From Hydrolagus affinis (Eukaryota): a stretch of DNA of 64,000 bases. A model generated the notes under the pieces. It was not told the origin of the DNA. It saw nothing but the letters and a program-made list of their open reading frames with translations, and did not search any database. This document shows, in pieces, positions 61,752 to 64,000 of this stretch; the first letter of the stretch is position 1; each line of letters opens with the position of its first letter. The DNA is taken from assembly GCA_012026655.1 (NCBI GenBank), contig JAAILG010001007.1:1-64000 (forward strand). The letters run 5' to 3'. Both the position numbers and the translations under genes were made by a program.

Positions 61752-61792
61752 CTGGATCTTTTCGCCCTGGTTTTTCAAACCTCCGTTCTCCC
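61752..61792 (-). CDS. GIGYF2: GIGYF2 41-nt exon
   Basis: (R)GERRFEKPGRKDP matches recalled human RGDRRFEKPGRKDV; tttaacag acceptor, gtcagt donor. Confidence 0.92.
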
Positions 61793-61900
61793 CTGTTAAA
61801 AGTAAAAAGCATTAGGTTTCCTCCTTGTTACAGTCCAAAGGGAATGTACCATAAGATTCAATGTAACATCTTAAAGAAACTCTTCCAACAAGATATGAAT

Positions 61901-62124
61901 ATAATAATAATCCTTGCATTCAATATAGCGCTTTTCACATCTTATCGACATCTCAAAGCGCTTCACAGAATATACTGTAAAGTGAATTGATTATATATGT
62001 GGGCGAAACTTGGCAGCCAATTGAGCACAACAGTGTCTCACAAACAGTTGTGGATTGAAATAACCAATTTTATTATTGTGGTTTTTTTTGGAGGGATTAT
62101 TATTAGGCTATGGAGTAAGGAAAC
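61901..62124 (-). mobile_element. tRNA-derived SINE (5'-truncated)
   Basis: Family tail and body in reverse. Confidence 0.78.
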
Positions 62125-62534
62125 TGTATTGTGCACTATTACTCCATAAATGAAGCTCCACAATGCCTACAAAATACTTGTATACATTAATACTTCAATT
62201 AGAAAGTATTTAAATATCTCAACTTTAAAGTGTGAACTGATTCTCTAGAATGTATGAAGATTTCACCTTTGAGCAGCTTGTCTAGGCTCCTAAAAGAATA
62301 TTACCCCCACCACAAAAACTGTACTCATTAAGTAAGAAGTCCTTTTGGACCATTGATCTCAATCTTCCAGAACGCCCAAATTAAATCTTCCCATACTACA
62401 TCAAGTAATCTTTTAAACAAGTCCAAAGATCGTTTCTCTGTCTCTCCTCCTGATTAAGTAATTTCAATTACTAATATTTAATCCTCTGCGTAGATAGTTA
62501 GCCTCACTTACCACTAACTGCATTTTATTTGAAT

Positions 62535-62850
62535 GCTGTGCGCAATTGGCTGCCGCATTTCACCCACAAATATGTAGCTAATTCACTTTACAGTATATTC
62601 TATGAAACACTTTGAGACAACAACAGCAATATTACATTTATAGGACGTCCCAAGGCGCAGAACAGCTAGGTCGGGACCCGAGCAGGGGGGGATGGGTTGG
62701 GGTAGGTGCAGGACGAAGGAGAGTAGGAAAGGGGGGAGAGTTAGGAGGGGAGCAGAAGGCACAGTCAAAAATGTGAAAAATATGAGACATTGATAAGATG
62801 TGAAAAGCGCTATATCAAATGCAAGGATTATTAGTATTATCATTATTATT
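62535..62850 (+). mobile_element. SINE 3' half interrupted by an inverted L2 tail fragment
   Basis: SINE body stops at ...tttgagac (about 62618), inverted L2 tail runs to about 62770, and the SINE tail resumes near 62785. Confidence 0.6.
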
Positions 62851-63065
62851 ATTTATTTGAATGCCATTGCCATTCAATGCCAGTTTATTCACTGCAAATC
62901 TCATTGTAATCTTTTGTGGGTAAATACAAACGATAGACAAAAAATTTATGTAAATTTGTAATTTCTATGAAAAACAAAAATTTGTTCAAAATGATATACA
63001 TCAATCAGTATTCTCTTAAACTGCACACATTGGGATCTCAAGGCCACAGTAATCTAGACACTCGC

Positions 63066-63174
63066 CTTTCTTCCCAGCTTTGTGATCGATGCATTTCTCG
63101 ACTCCCTCGCCCAAAACCCATTTCTCCTTCATCAAAACTTCTTTGGTAAAATCCTCCTTCGCCACGCCCTCGAC
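63066..63174 (-). CDS. GIGYF2: GIGYF2 exon (most 5' exon in the window; gene continues beyond 64000)
   Basis: (G)RGRGEGGFYQRSFDEGEMGFGRGSREMHRSQSWEE(R); acceptor ctttctag, donor AG|gcgagt. Confidence 0.92.
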
Positions 63175-63844
63175 CTAGAAAGTGTGTGTTGAGAGGGAGG
63201 AAGAAAGAATGATATGGGATCAGGAAAATATACTAAAATTACATGACTAGAGACACAGAGGAGACAACAGAGAAAACAGTAATTACACAGAGGCCAGTAT
63301 CAATCAACTTGTACTAGATGATTAGTCCCTAAACTTGCCCAGATTAATTATGGTACAAACATAATAGAACATATTAATTCTCAAAAAAAACACTGTGCAT
63401 ATTAGGGCACTTGTAATGTCTTTTTAAAACTCATTGTAAATCTCCAGTTCATTGCAAACAATTCAAACGCCACCAAGTGGCAACAAATCAGCACTGCCCA
63501 ATTTACCTGGTGTACTGCATTCGTAATTGCAGTTAAAGGCAAAAAGCAATATTGTAGTAAGAATGCACGTTTCATTTTATCCGGGGTGTGGGGTGGAAAG
63601 AGACAAAGAGAGAATATAGTGCTAATCTTGATAGTGTTTTGAGGTCAATAATGTAATATCAACACCCGACAGCCGAATGTTTAGGGTCAATCCTGTAATG
63701 TGCACTATTATAAACAATGGTATCTGCTCATTTCTCTGCTCTTAAACCATCAATGACTCAAATGAAAATAGTCCAGGCCAGGTTACTTACTTCTACATGT
63801 TGAACAATTTCCATATTCTATGCAATAGCAAAATATATTCATCA

Positions 63845-64000
63845 ATAATAATCTTTGCATTTCATATTCCAGATTATCACATCTTCGAGACGACTCAATG
63901 TCTTTCACGGTATATACTGTAAAGTGAATTGACTACATATTTTGTGGGCGAAACTCAGCAGTCAATTGCATACATCACAAACAGTCATGGATTGAATGAC
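63845..64000 (-). mobile_element. SINE fragment (cut by window end)
   Basis: Family tail in reverse. Confidence 0.7.

Overview
Vertebrate genomic DNA, AT-rich and intron-containing. The repeat content (tRNA-derived SINEs with L2-type tails, L2 and CR1 LINE fragments, Deu-domain SINE remnants, Tigger-type MITEs) suggests a cartilaginous fish; that assignment is inference. Gene order from left to right: (1) two tandem single-coding-exon GPR55/GPR35-family GPCRs on + (the first is cut by the window start); (2) a complete 3-exon SNORC/C2orf82 chondroproteoglycan gene on -, which I assembled by hand and which no single ORF in the track shows; (3) the 3' 23 coding exons of GIGYF2 on -, whose 5' end lies beyond the window; (4) KCNJ13 (Kir7.1) on +, nested antisense in a GIGYF2 intron as in mammals. 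There are two 100-N assembly gaps. I see no convincing wholly new biological system. The best second-look items are a GC-AG intron, an unannotated-looking in-frame 87-nt GIGYF2 cassette exon candidate, a 31-bp intronic hairpin and other fold-backs at retroelement 5' junctions, a stop-free in-frame 102-nt intron, GPCRs with mixed GPR35/GPR55 signatures, a PDZ-type C-terminus on Kir7.1, and nested or chimeric Tigger MITEs. All exon coordinates and homology calls were made by eye and from recalled human sequences, without alignment tools.
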